Below, piece by piece: positions 6,884-15,900 of a DNA stretch of 54,570 bases. Below the pieces are notes generated by a model that was not told the DNA's origin, made no database searches, and worked only from the letters and a program-made list of their open reading frames with translations. Positions within the stretch are counted from its first letter, which is position 1, and each line of letters starts with the position of its first letter. The DNA lies in the IMG/VR virus record IMGVR_UViG_3300035150_000119, positions 1-54,570 of that record. One strand, 5' to 3'. The stretch is from a virus. Lineage: Duplodnaviria; Caudoviricetes. The translations under genes and the position numbers were made by a program.

Positions 6884-7288
6884 ATGAAACTAAACATTAA
6901 CTATCTTATAAAAATAGGCGCATGCTCTGAGTCTATTGAATATTATTATAATAAATACGGCGACAAGGAAGTCGATGTAATGGCTGCATATAATGAGGCT
7001 AAAATTAACTGGCAAGTGTGGTTCATGGGTAATGCTGATATTGATGTTATTCAACATCTAATTAACAATGGTGCTGATGTGAATATCAGGGATAATTTTG
7101 GCTATACCGCTTTGATATGGGCGAGTTTTTATGGCCATATTGATATTGTTAGACTATTAATTGATGCGGGTGCTGATGTGAATGCGAGTGCTAATGATGG
7201 ATGGACAGCATTAGCATGGGCGGAATGGAATAATAATACTGACATTGTAGAATTACTGAGGAAAAGAAGTAATAAAAGAGCAATATAA
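6884..7288 (+). CDS. Ankyrin repeat protein, inverted paralog of 60..455
   Basis: Ankyrin repeats; 113-nt identical core (6995-7107) with the 60..455 copy. Confidence 0.9.
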   Translation: MKLNINYLIKIGACSESIEYYYNKYGDKEVDVMAAYNEAKINWQVWFMGNADIDVIQHLINNGADVNIRDNFGYTALIWASFYGHIDIVRLLIDAGADVNASANDGWTALAWAEWNNNTDIVELLRKRSNKRAI

Positions 7289-7289
7289 T

Positions 7290-7688
7290 ATGGATATTAT
7301 AGCCACAATGGATGATAAATATAATTTCATTACCGATATTGATAATAAAAAATACTGTGCAATAAAATTAAAAAAGGGAAATACTTATAAAATAAAGGTA
7401 ACAAAAAGCAGAAATGTTAAACATAATGCAAAATACTGGGTATTATTAAAAGCTCTTGAATTCCATTTCGGGAATACCGATACTGCATATCATATGTATT
7501 TTAAAGAAATGTTTTTAGAACCGATTGTTTTAAAACTAAAATCAGGAGAGATAAAAAAATATCCTAACTCAACTGCATTCGATAAAATGAATCAAGTTGA
7601 ATTTGACGATTATTATAATAAGGTTGACAATTGGCTTATTGAACACGGATATGAAGCAAATGAGCTAATAAATACGATGGAAATATAA
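7290..7688 (+). CDS. NinB/DUF1367-like recombination accessory protein
   Basis: RN.KHN.KYW, H..FK..F, S.AFDKM.Q.EF..YY motifs. Confidence 0.7.
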   Translation: MDIIATMDDKYNFITDIDNKKYCAIKLKKGNTYKIKVTKSRNVKHNAKYWVLLKALEFHFGNTDTAYHMYFKEMFLEPIVLKLKSGEIKKYPNSTAFDKMNQVEFDDYYNKVDNWLIEHGYEANELINTMEI

Positions 7689-7705
7689 AAAAAGGAGAAA
7701 TAAAA

Positions 7706-7810
7706 ATGAATATATTAACTACAATTTCACCTGCAATTTCATTATTTATAGGAGTATTTTTAGGGTTTTTGATTACAATAGTTAGTATCTATTTTTGTAA
7801 TAAAAAATAA
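7706..7810 (+). CDS. 34-aa membrane peptide
   Basis: AAGGAG RBS, hydrophobic helix ending in NKK. Confidence 0.55.
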   Translation: MNILTTISPAISLFIGVFLGFLITIVSIYFCNKK

Positions 7811-7898
7811 TAGTTTTTTCATTTCAGCCATCTATTAATAATTATGATAATAATAATAATAAACATAATAGCGCATATTATATGCGCTATTTCAAACA

Positions 7899-8006
7899 TT
7901 ATTTTTTCTTAATTTTTTCTATAATTTTACCTATCCAATTGTATTTTTTTGCTAAATATCCTAAAATAAAACAAATAATAAATCCTATTATTCCAAATAT
8001 AATCAT
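7899..8006 (-). CDS. 35-aa membrane peptide (holin-like candidate)
   Basis: GAGGAG RBS; hydrophobic N-half, basic C-half; downstream of endolysin. Confidence 0.55.
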   Translation of the reverse strand: MIIFGIIGFIICFILGYLAKKYNWIGKIIEKIKKK

Positions 8007-8024
8007 TTTACAACTCCTCTTATT

Positions 8025-8225
8025 TTATCTTTTATCCGCTATCCTACATCCTATACATTTTTCTTTATAATATATAACACAATTCCCATCGCTATCGAAT
8101 ACAGGGATATTCATAATAAAAGACCCGTGCATAATACTCAAGTCATGCATATTTTTTGAATTATATGGACAATCGGGGCATGCTTTAAGCCCACCCCCCT
8201 GACAATATTTTGCCAACTCGTTCAT
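8025..8225 (-). CDS. Small Cys-rich protein
   Basis: CPDCPY and CIGC motifs; GGAGG RBS. Confidence 0.6.
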   Translation of the reverse strand: MNELAKYCQGGGLKACPDCPYNSKNMHDLSIMHGSFIMNIPVFDSDGNCVIYYKEKCIGCRIADKR

Positions 8226-8236
8226 ATTATATCCTC

Positions 8237-8674
8237 CTAATTATAGTCTGACGGATTTTTGTAAAAAAGTAAAGAGGGAATATACCCCCAAATTTTCGGA
8301 GGACTCCAATTCGGATTATCCCATATCCCATGATGCAAATGATCTGCCCGCCACTCTTTTGTTTGATATTTAATTACTTTCCCTATCATTTCTCCTTCTT
8401 TTACTTTTTCTCCTGCACTCTTATATCTCACAATATGACCATATATACCGTAAAGTGTTCTTGTTTGATATTTGTGTCGAATTACAATCACGCCACCTTC
8501 TTTCCCGTAAGAGCCAAATCCTGAAACATAACCGGAAAAAACAACTTCTCCATCCCATCGAGATACAATATCTGTACCAACAGGCACATTGTAATCATGT
8601 CCCGTATGGAATAACCCGTTTTTTGTCTTCCAGCCAAACGACCGGTATCCACCTTTATCTTCACATGGATCCAT
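8237..8674 (-). CDS. M23 family peptidase (putative endolysin)
   Basis: HTGHD, YGH, HLH zinc motifs. Confidence 0.9.
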   Translation of the reverse strand: MDPCEDKGGYRSFGWKTKNGLFHTGHDYNVPVGTDIVSRWDGEVVFSGYVSGFGSYGKEGGVIVIRHKYQTRTLYGIYGHIVRYKSAGEKVKEGEMIGKVIKYQTKEWRADHLHHGIWDNPNWSPPKIWGYIPSLLFYKNPSDYN

Positions 8675-9306
8675 TATTTACCTCCAAAATGCCTGTAATA
8701 AATATCACTTTCTATTTTTAAATTTTCTAATAATTTGTTTGTGTTTTTGGTCATTACGTCTACAATTCCAACTCTACTCCTTTTTAGCCATTCGTTTAAT
8801 GGCATTATTACTTTGGAGTTATCATAATAATTATACAAAATGTCTGTACCTGTTTTCATGTACAGTGAAATTACATTTGATTTAAAAACTTCCCAATCAT
8901 TTTTATTTTGATATCTATATAAGTCATTATTATGTATATATCTGTTAATTGTTATATCTTCGCAAACATCATTCATGACAATTAATAATAATTTATAATA
9001 ACGAACGTCTTTTTCAATTCTTTCGTTTGTTACATTAATATTTTTTTCTTTAACATATTCTCTTAGAACTTTATCATACAATGCACCATTGTCAGCTATA
9101 ACATCTTTTTTCATATCATTACTGTAATTAGTCTGGGTCTTTATCTTTGTTATTTTACCATTTAATTTATCATCGGTATTTTTAAAAATTGACCCCCATT
9201 GTGTATTAATTGTATACCCGCTTGCAATTATTATAATAATAAGAAAACTAATTAATATTATTATTTTCCATACATCTATTTTTTTTATAAATTCTTTTAT
9301 TTTCAT
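8674..9306 (-). CDS. N-terminally membrane-anchored protein (possible holin/lysis regulator)
   Basis: One TM segment, coupled to the M23 gene. Confidence 0.6.
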   Translation of the reverse strand: MKIKEFIKKIDVWKIIILISFLIIIIIASGYTINTQWGSIFKNTDDKLNGKITKIKTQTNYSNDMKKDVIADNGALYDKVLREYVKEKNINVTNERIEKDVRYYKLLLIVMNDVCEDITINRYIHNNDLYRYQNKNDWEVFKSNVISLYMKTGTDILYNYYDNSKVIMPLNEWLKRSRVGIVDVMTKNTNKLLENLKIESDIYYRHFGGK

Positions 9307-9377
9307 TTTTTTTTATTCTCCTCTTTTTTTTAAATTTTTTAATTCTTTTTTATATTATCATAAAACATAATTACACC

Positions 9378-11453
9378 TTATTTAAACAAATTATCAATAT
9401 ATTCTTCATTATTATATAATGTACTTAATTCAGCGACAAACCATACTTTCGAAGCATCACCAAGATTTTTGTATATTGTCATAAATGGAGAATTGAAATG
9501 AGCAATAGCTAAATAAACTCCATCCGTACTAAATGAACAACCATCTCCGCTACCCGCAGGCAATGTTGCAGGGTCAGAAAGTTTTGTAAATGTATCGCCG
9601 CTTCTTTTATAAATAGTAATAAGTGGAGATGTATCATGACTCACGGCTAAATAAGCTCCATCCGTACTAAATGAACAAGATTTTGATTGGTTGGTAGGCA
9701 ATGTTGCAGGGTCAGAAAGTTTTGTAAATGTATCGCCGCTTCTTTTATAAATTGTGATGTATGGAGATACATAATGAGCAACAGCTAAATAAACTCCATC
9801 CGTACTAAATGAACAACCCAATGAGATTCCCGCAGGCAATGCTACTGGATCACTTAATTTTGTAAACGTATCGCCACTTCTTTTATAAATAGTAATAAAT
9901 GGAGATACTTCATGAGCAACAGCTAAATAAACTCCATCCGTACTAAATGAAAAATCATGTCCGATTCCCGTAGGCAATGCTGCTGGATCACTTAATTTTG
10001 TAAACGTATCGCCACTTCTTTTATAAATAGTAATAAATGGAGATACATCATGTCCCACAGCTAAATAAACTCCATCCAGACCAAATGAACAACCAAATCC
10101 TATTCCCGTAGGCAATGCTGCAGGGTCAGAAAGTTTTGTAAATGTATCGCCGCTTCTTTTATAAATTGTGATGTATGGAGATACTAAATGAGCAACAGCT
10201 AAATAAACTCCATCCGTACTAAATGAACAATCTCTTCCTGTACCCGCAGGCAATGCTGCTGGATCACTTAATTTTGTAAACGTATCGCCACTTCTTTTAT
10301 AAATAGTAATAAATGGAGTAAGTGCATGAGCAATAGCCAAATAAACTCCATCCGTACTAAAGGAACAACCATAACCAGTACTAGCAGGTAAATCACCGGG
10401 ATTACTTAATTTAACTCCCGGTTCAATTCTATATCCTTTATCACCACCATATATTAATTTAGTATGAGATTTGCTAGGCAATTGTAGATATCCAGTTACG
10501 CCTTTTGTTGTGAAATATTTATTTAAATATTCAATGACATTTTCAGCGTCCCCCTGTAATATACTAACTTGATTTTCTGCAAAAACATCTATTGCATCGC
10601 CAATATTAGCAGTATCAGGCAATGTCATATTTTTACCACTTCCAGTCATTGTATATCTTTGATTAGAATCAAGACTAATATCATCGGTTTCTTCATGATA
10701 TCGATAAAAATCTATAACATTAATACATTGATAAAATCGTCTTATTGACCCACCTGTTTCTGTAATATTATCAATTACCGGCGCAACAATATTTTGTTCA
10801 GAATCTTGAGTTGAACTATAAAATGAGACATAATCGGTATTTGTATATCTGTCCACTACCTTTGGCATTAATAATCTTACTCCGGTTGTTGCTATATAAT
10901 AAGAATATTGAACCGCAGCATCAGTAACGCCGGTTCCTTTTATAGATGGAAAAATTAAACCACATCCAACGCCTGTAATTCTAAGATAAAACGGTGTATC
11001 CCCAGCAAAAAGATAAGCACCATTTTCAAATTGTATAAGTTTACAATTGTTAGTATCAAGATACCCCCACGTATCTCCGTCGGAAAGAAAGCTATTGCTC
11101 CCAAAACAAGCATACCCACCTGTAACATATCTCAAGTATAATGACGTATAAGAATCTTTTATCTTATATTGATTTGCAGCAACTCTTTCTATACAATTGT
11201 TGAAAGCTAGTTGGGATGCTATAACTGTTGAAAAAACGCCAGCAAAATTAATAATAGCATCTCTTAATTGTGTATGCACAGAATCAGTATTTGCATCCTT
11301 AATTTCAAGGCCACCATGAGTAATAACATTACAAATTTCTTCCTGTATGGCATTCAACCATCTATCTTCAATAGTTGTCGCCGGCGGACCGTTTGTGAAA
11401 ACATTATTACCATTGTTATCTTTTGTGAAATTTAATCCTTCGGTTCTATGCAT
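9378..11453 (-). CDS. Tail fibre/receptor-binding protein with C-terminal 7-bladed beta-propeller
   Basis: Mu-like fibre N-terminus (WLNAIQEEI..VI, QL..AI); seven 46-aa repeats. Confidence 0.85.
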   Translation of the reverse strand: MHRTEGLNFTKDNNGNNVFTNGPPATTIEDRWLNAIQEEICNVITHGGLEIKDANTDSVHTQLRDAIINFAGVFSTVIASQLAFNNCIERVAANQYKIKDSYTSLYLRYVTGGYACFGSNSFLSDGDTWGYLDTNNCKLIQFENGAYLFAGDTPFYLRITGVGCGLIFPSIKGTGVTDAAVQYSYYIATTGVRLLMPKVVDRYTNTDYVSFYSSTQDSEQNIVAPVIDNITETGGSIRRFYQCINVIDFYRYHEETDDISLDSNQRYTMTGSGKNMTLPDTANIGDAIDVFAENQVSILQGDAENVIEYLNKYFTTKGVTGYLQLPSKSHTKLIYGGDKGYRIEPGVKLSNPGDLPASTGYGCSFSTDGVYLAIAHALTPFITIYKRSGDTFTKLSDPAALPAGTGRDCSFSTDGVYLAVAHLVSPYITIYKRSGDTFTKLSDPAALPTGIGFGCSFGLDGVYLAVGHDVSPFITIYKRSGDTFTKLSDPAALPTGIGHDFSFSTDGVYLAVAHEVSPFITIYKRSGDTFTKLSDPVALPAGISLGCSFSTDGVYLAVAHYVSPYITIYKRSGDTFTKLSDPATLPTNQSKSCSFSTDGAYLAVSHDTSPLITIYKRSGDTFTKLSDPATLPAGSGDGCSFSTDGVYLAIAHFNSPFMTIYKNLGDASKVWFVAELSTLYNNEEYIDNLFK
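9470..10420 (-). repeat. Seven coding tandem repeats, 138-nt unit
   Basis: CSFSTDGVYLAVAHxxSPxITIYKRSGDTFTKLSDPAxLPxxxxxx. Confidence 0.95.
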
Positions 11454-11469
11454 AATTATTCTCCATATT

Positions 11470-11731
11470 AAAATATATAAAAAGTCCTAGACTTTTAAGA
11501 ATATTTAGTAAAATATTATACATTTTTTATAGATATTATAGTATATATATCCAATATATCTATAATATATATAATATTTATACTAAATATTAGAAATAAT
11601 ATATCGTAAAATATCAATATGCTGTCAAATGCTCATATATTGTCATCATTGAACAATATGCCTATATAGTATAATTAATAAATTTAATAAACATTGTCAA
11701 TATAGGCGATATATGAGCAAATATTGACAAT
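11470..11731. repeat. AT-rich non-coding region with nested inverted repeats
   Basis: AATATTTAGTA/TACTAAATATT, AAATATTATA/TATAATATTT, TGCTCATATAT/ATATATGAGCA, GCCTATA/TATAGGC, TGTCAA/TTGACA. Confidence 0.75.
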
Positions 11732-11732
11732 A

Positions 11733-12314
11733 TTACTCTCCTTTCACTGCCCATTCGGGCTTAAAATACCATTTCCCGATAGCACTAGCACCCATGTCAT
11801 CACTCCAGCATATTGCACCAAGTATCATTACTGAATTTGTTGTAATTGTTGTTGTAATACTTCCGGGTACTCCACTTGCAAGATATACAGGTCTACCAAG
11901 TAACTGGCTAAAAAGTGTAGAAAAAGATGAATCATACACGATTCCTTCTTTCAATACAATACCTGTACTAATCCCAGCAGCGTAACTATCCATAGCCAAT
12001 GCTAACATACCGGTTTCAGCGCTTGCGCTTACATTCGCTAATCCCCATCCACCGCCGGAAACATTGTAATATAAAACATTCATAAAACTACATGCTGATA
12101 GAATTAATTGTGAATATTCTTTCCATCCCTTTGCCGTCTTATCTGTTGTAATATATTTTGCCTGCGGTTTTGACCAGAAATCGCCGGCATTAGCAAATTC
12201 ACTTTCCATTACAGTAATAACAAAATCTCTTAAATCTTGCGGTGAAATTTGTCCTGTAACATTATCAGCAAATAGTGCTAATATCTGTGCTTTAGACCTT
12301 TGCGTATCTGCCAT
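11733..12314 (-). CDS. Putative virion decoration/accessory fibre protein
   Basis: Position between baseplate and fibre; DNVTGQISPQDLRD N-terminus; beta-rich C-domain with G.PVYL. Confidence 0.65.
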   Translation of the reverse strand: MADTQRSKAQILALFADNVTGQISPQDLRDFVITVMESEFANAGDFWSKPQAKYITTDKTAKGWKEYSQLILSACSFMNVLYYNVSGGGWGLANVSASAETGMLALAMDSYAAGISTGIVLKEGIVYDSSFSTLFSQLLGRPVYLASGVPGSITTTITTNSVMILGAICWSDDMGASAIGKWYFKPEWAVKGE

Positions 12315-12338
12315 AATAATTCCTCCTATAATTTATTT

Positions 12339-13277
12339 CTAAGCAGGACAACTGAATCCTGCGCCAGATTCTCTATCAAATCCCAGAGAAAATCCAAAAC
12401 TGAATCCTCCAATGATTTTTATTTCGCTTTTTTGAAAACCATCAGGTGAAAATCCACCACCTGAATTTCTATCAAAATCTATTGAAAAGCCATAATTGAA
12501 CCCTCCTATATAATTTACACCATGATAACTAGAATTATTTTCAAACCCATCTGAAAAACTTACATCAAACCCCAATCCAACCCAGTAATTATCATAATGA
12601 TAAAATCTCCTAAATCCTCTTCCAAACCCCCGATCAAATCCTGCATTCCACCAGTCGAATAATACATGAGTATGACCTGGTTTTAATTTGTTCATTTTTG
12701 CTATTATTTTAGTTAAATTTACTAAAATTGTTTCATTCGCTGTATAAAACATCGCATTATTTAAAAAACCATTATCAAATCCAATATCATATCCAGCAAT
12801 AACTAAATCTTTAATTCCATCAACATCAATATTTATTTTCCAAAAAAATAAATTAAGTTGACCCCCGCATGGATCCCCAGCGCAAGCGATACCACACCAT
12901 GCTGGACGGAACTCTTCAATCCAAACATTATTATAACCAAACGCATTGCAAATGTCTTCTAAATATCCTTTATCTTGCTGCCCAACCTCCAATAATTTTG
13001 ATTTTAATTCATTTCTTCTTAATTCTATTGTTTGTTGTAACTCCTGCCCTTCTTCCGGCAAACCATAATCTTCTTCATGTTCTGTTATCAATTCATTGGT
13101 TGTTGCTAATATTTTTTCGTTTATTAGATTACTGGCTCTTCCATCTATTCTTGATAATTCCTCGGCCATTCCCCATAATACTTTTGTTAATATACTATCT
13201 TCATTTCTATTCCATAATCGACCTTTTGGTAAGAGACTTTGTAATTGTTTTCTATACTGTAGACTACTTCTAGCCAT
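12339..13277 (-). CDS. Baseplate protein, Mu gp48/DUF2313-like, with Gly-Phe-rich extension
   Basis: LQSLLP.G..W, E.DYGLP, KP.HT motifs. Confidence 0.85.
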   Translation of the reverse strand: MARSSLQYRKQLQSLLPKGRLWNRNEDSILTKVLWGMAEELSRIDGRASNLINEKILATTNELITEHEEDYGLPEEGQELQQTIELRRNELKSKLLEVGQQDKGYLEDICNAFGYNNVWIEEFRPAWCGIACAGDPCGGQLNLFFWKINIDVDGIKDLVIAGYDIGFDNGFLNNAMFYTANETILVNLTKIIAKMNKLKPGHTHVLFDWWNAGFDRGFGRGFRRFYHYDNYWVGLGFDVSFSDGFENNSSYHGVNYIGGFNYGFSIDFDRNSGGGFSPDGFQKSEIKIIGGFSFGFSLGFDRESGAGFSCPA

Positions 13278-13289
13278 TATATATCCTTT

Positions 13290-14396
13290 TTAATAAGTAT
13301 AATCCAAAAAATTAAAACTTCCCGGTCTATGAAGTTGTTCAGCGCTTACAGCAACATCACCAGTAGGATAAATGATTCTACATTTTTCTTCTCCAACCGC
13401 AGATGTGATGGCTTCATAAAATTGGCTTAATGCAATAGTACCGGCAGGTGCAGATTCTTGATTAATTAATTCTGTTAGTCTTGCTATTACATTTGTTCTT
13501 ACCGTACTATTGTTTGGATATAATTGTATTGTAAAATCAATAGTATAAGGCTCTAATTTTATTAGAAAAAATCCGGGTTCAGCTGTTACAGGAATACCAA
13601 CATTTTTGCCAAATGCACTATCTAAATGCTCAATTATATAATTCCTAACAGCTTCTCTTTCTGCTTCTGTCGGGAAAATGCTTACAGTATCATTATCTTT
13701 TACAAACGCTAATCCTATTGTACCAATACCTTGATATTCAGGGATAGCCCACGCCCTTGTAATATTTCCACTGTATTCAAGACACCATGCGACATAATCT
13801 TTTTGTATTCCTCCATGTGGGGGGAATCTTTTTCTATTTAATATTTTCTCTTGATATTGAATATCGGTATCAGCATTAACACCACCTTCTATCCCATCAT
13901 CAATTACCGTTACAGTAGCATTTACACCTGGGATAGGACTCAAGAAAGTAAGTATAACCCCAGCCAGTTCATTATAACTCGTTCCAAATTCAGATGCCAC
14001 GATATCTATATTAGCCTGATTGGATGATATTGTTGCTTCTGCTGTTGTTTTATATTTATTCCCAGATGCAGATTGTAATTCTGTATCAACTGGGATTGTT
14101 ATTCCGTCTGTACCGGTTGCAAGTACTGTGCCGGTAGCTTTTTCTCCAATTAATCTACTAATACCATATTCGCCTCCATGTTTTTCTAAGAATTCTCCAT
14201 CTGCGGAACTTATGAACAATTGGTCTTTCACATATTCTATAAAATCATAGAGTAAATGATTACTGCCACCTAAAACTCTTGCAAAAATTTTAAATACTGA
14301 TTTTTGTAGAAAAGTTTGTGAATCTTCTACTCTTATAACAAAATCATTTTCAATTCTATTTATTATTTCTACTAAACTCGGCCTGTCATATGGCAT
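13290..14396 (-). CDS. Baseplate J/gp47-like wedge protein (start revised to MPYDRPSL)
   Basis: PPHGG...DY..W, GG..AD.D motifs. Confidence 0.9.
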   Translation of the reverse strand: MPYDRPSLVEIINRIENDFVIRVEDSQTFLQKSVFKIFARVLGGSNHLLYDFIEYVKDQLFISSADGEFLEKHGGEYGISRLIGEKATGTVLATGTDGITIPVDTELQSASGNKYKTTAEATISSNQANIDIVASEFGTSYNELAGVILTFLSPIPGVNATVTVIDDGIEGGVNADTDIQYQEKILNRKRFPPHGGIQKDYVAWCLEYSGNITRAWAIPEYQGIGTIGLAFVKDNDTVSIFPTEAEREAVRNYIIEHLDSAFGKNVGIPVTAEPGFFLIKLEPYTIDFTIQLYPNNSTVRTNVIARLTELINQESAPAGTIALSQFYEAITSAVGEEKCRIIYPTGDVAVSAEQLHRPGSFNFLDYTY

Positions 14397-14844
14397 TGCT
14401 TTGTACCTCCATTCTCCACAAATCGTCAAACTTATAGGCTGTTTTATTCCCATCAGATTGATATAATAATATTTTAAAATAAAGCCTATTGTTATTTCTT
14501 TCAACTGTTACATCTATTTTTTCAACAACTTCATCATCAATCATCCATTGTAAACAATTTTCAATAGCTTCTTTAAATTTTACTATAACTGTTTGTGTAG
14601 TTTTTGCTCTTTCAAATTGCCATAGTTTACTTCCAATTGGAGTTTCACTTACTAGATCACCCCACCACCCTCTCGTATCATTTGGATCGTCAATTTCATC
14701 GTCTTCATCAGCTCTTGCATCAGAAAAAAGAGAAATAAGAACCGCTGTTGTTAAACCTTCCTCACGCAACAGATCACCGTCATTAAGAGCAAAATCCCCT
14801 TCTAAGAAATTTTCATTCCATATCATTTTAATGTCTCTTGCCAT
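14386..14844 (-). CDS. Baseplate protein Mu gp46-like
   Basis: L.TAVLISLFSDARA, RGWWGD, GSKLW. Confidence 0.92.
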   Translation of the reverse strand: MARDIKMIWNENFLEGDFALNDGDLLREEGLTTAVLISLFSDARADEDDEIDDPNDTRGWWGDLVSETPIGSKLWQFERAKTTQTVIVKFKEAIENCLQWMIDDEVVEKIDVTVERNNNRLYFKILLYQSDGNKTAYKFDDLWRMEVQSNAI

Positions 14845-14845
14845 C

Positions 14846-15223
14846 TTATTCCCCCTTCACCTTATTTTGTCCGGGATCATCAATTTCAACAACTGTTGTA
14901 TATGTCATTGTAGGTGGCGGTGGACTCATATTATCACCGGTCATTGTTATCACAGTACTCTGATCTCCTTTTCTCAAAACAAATTGCCCATCGACTTTAT
15001 TCTTAATAGCTGTTGCAATTAGTACACCGGTACCAGTTGCATTTATAGTTGTACTCCCATCAGAACCATTACTAATAGAGATAGCTAGAAGTGTTTTATA
15101 TACAAATTGTCCTCCAGCTTTTACTTTCGTAGATGCTGCACCTGTAACTGTTACAGTACCTGAATGAGCAGGGTTTACGAATTTAAATGTCATGCCTACA
15201 ACTGCAAATTCTTTTAACGCCAT
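14846..15223 (-). CDS. Small baseplate protein (possible spike tip)
   Basis: KVK..G..V, KV.GQ.VLR.GD, GQ.KV motifs; follows spike gene. Confidence 0.6.
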   Translation of the reverse strand: MALKEFAVVGMTFKFVNPAHSGTVTVTGAASTKVKAGGQFVYKTLLAISISNGSDGSTTINATGTGVLIATAIKNKVDGQFVLRKGDQSTVITMTGDNMSPPPPTMTYTTVVEIDDPGQNKVKGE

Positions 15224-15900
15224 TATTGTAACACCTCTAAATTCCCGTTTATTTTTACGCTTGTAACTCCCATTTCTATCGTATTGCCGTTCATATCCTC
15301 TATTGTTAATCCTGCACTATCTAATGTTATAATATTTCCAGAATTAACACTATCTTCAACAATGATACCGGTACCATCTAATGTAACCTTATGGCTATTA
15401 ACTCCATCTTCAACGAGAATACCATTATTATCAAATGTAACCTTATGTGCATTAACCCCATCCTCTATTATAATACCATCATCATTAATCAAAATATTAT
15501 GACCATCATAAGTTACAATATTTATTTCATTCTTTTCAGGTTTCATCCATATTCTATTTGCATTAGTATTATTACTGTCAATTGTATAGATACATACATC
15601 TCCGCTGGCTAGATCGGTAGGTCTTAATTTTCTATTATTAATTTTAATATTAATGCCTTTATTCGCATTTCTATTACCATATATAAACAACGTAATAGCC
15701 TCAGCATTAGGAATTACAGGAAAATTTTCAAACCCATATTCTTGATATCTTTCTATATCCGATATTACTTCATCAGCTAGATTGCTTATTTGAATTTTTT
15801 GCATTTCTTCATAATCATTATCAATTGCCAAGACTTTACCTCTCGAAATTAGAAGAAATATTTTTCTTATAATACTGCCGATGATCCCTCTAAATTCCAT
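15223..15900 (-). CDS. Baseplate spike, Mu gp45-like
   Basis: ERYQEYGF, L..GDV.IY, C-terminal beta-helix repeats. Confidence 0.85.
   Translation of the reverse strand: MEFRGIIGSIIRKIFLLISRGKVLAIDNDYEEMQKIQISNLADEVISDIERYQEYGFENFPVIPNAEAITLFIYGNRNANKGINIKINNRKLRPTDLASGDVCIYTIDSNNTNANRIWMKPEKNEINIVTYDGHNILINDDGIIIEDGVNAHKVTFDNNGILVEDGVNSHKVTLDGTGIIVEDSVNSGNIITLDSAGLTIEDMNGNTIEMGVTSVKINGNLEVLQ

Noticed and set aside
60-7288. Diversity-generating retroelement acting on ankyrin or tail-fibre repeats
   Set aside because: No reverse transcriptase in the window, and differences between copies are not confined to adenines of one template
9470-10420. CRISPR array
   Set aside because: 138-nt in-frame coding repeats with no unique spacers
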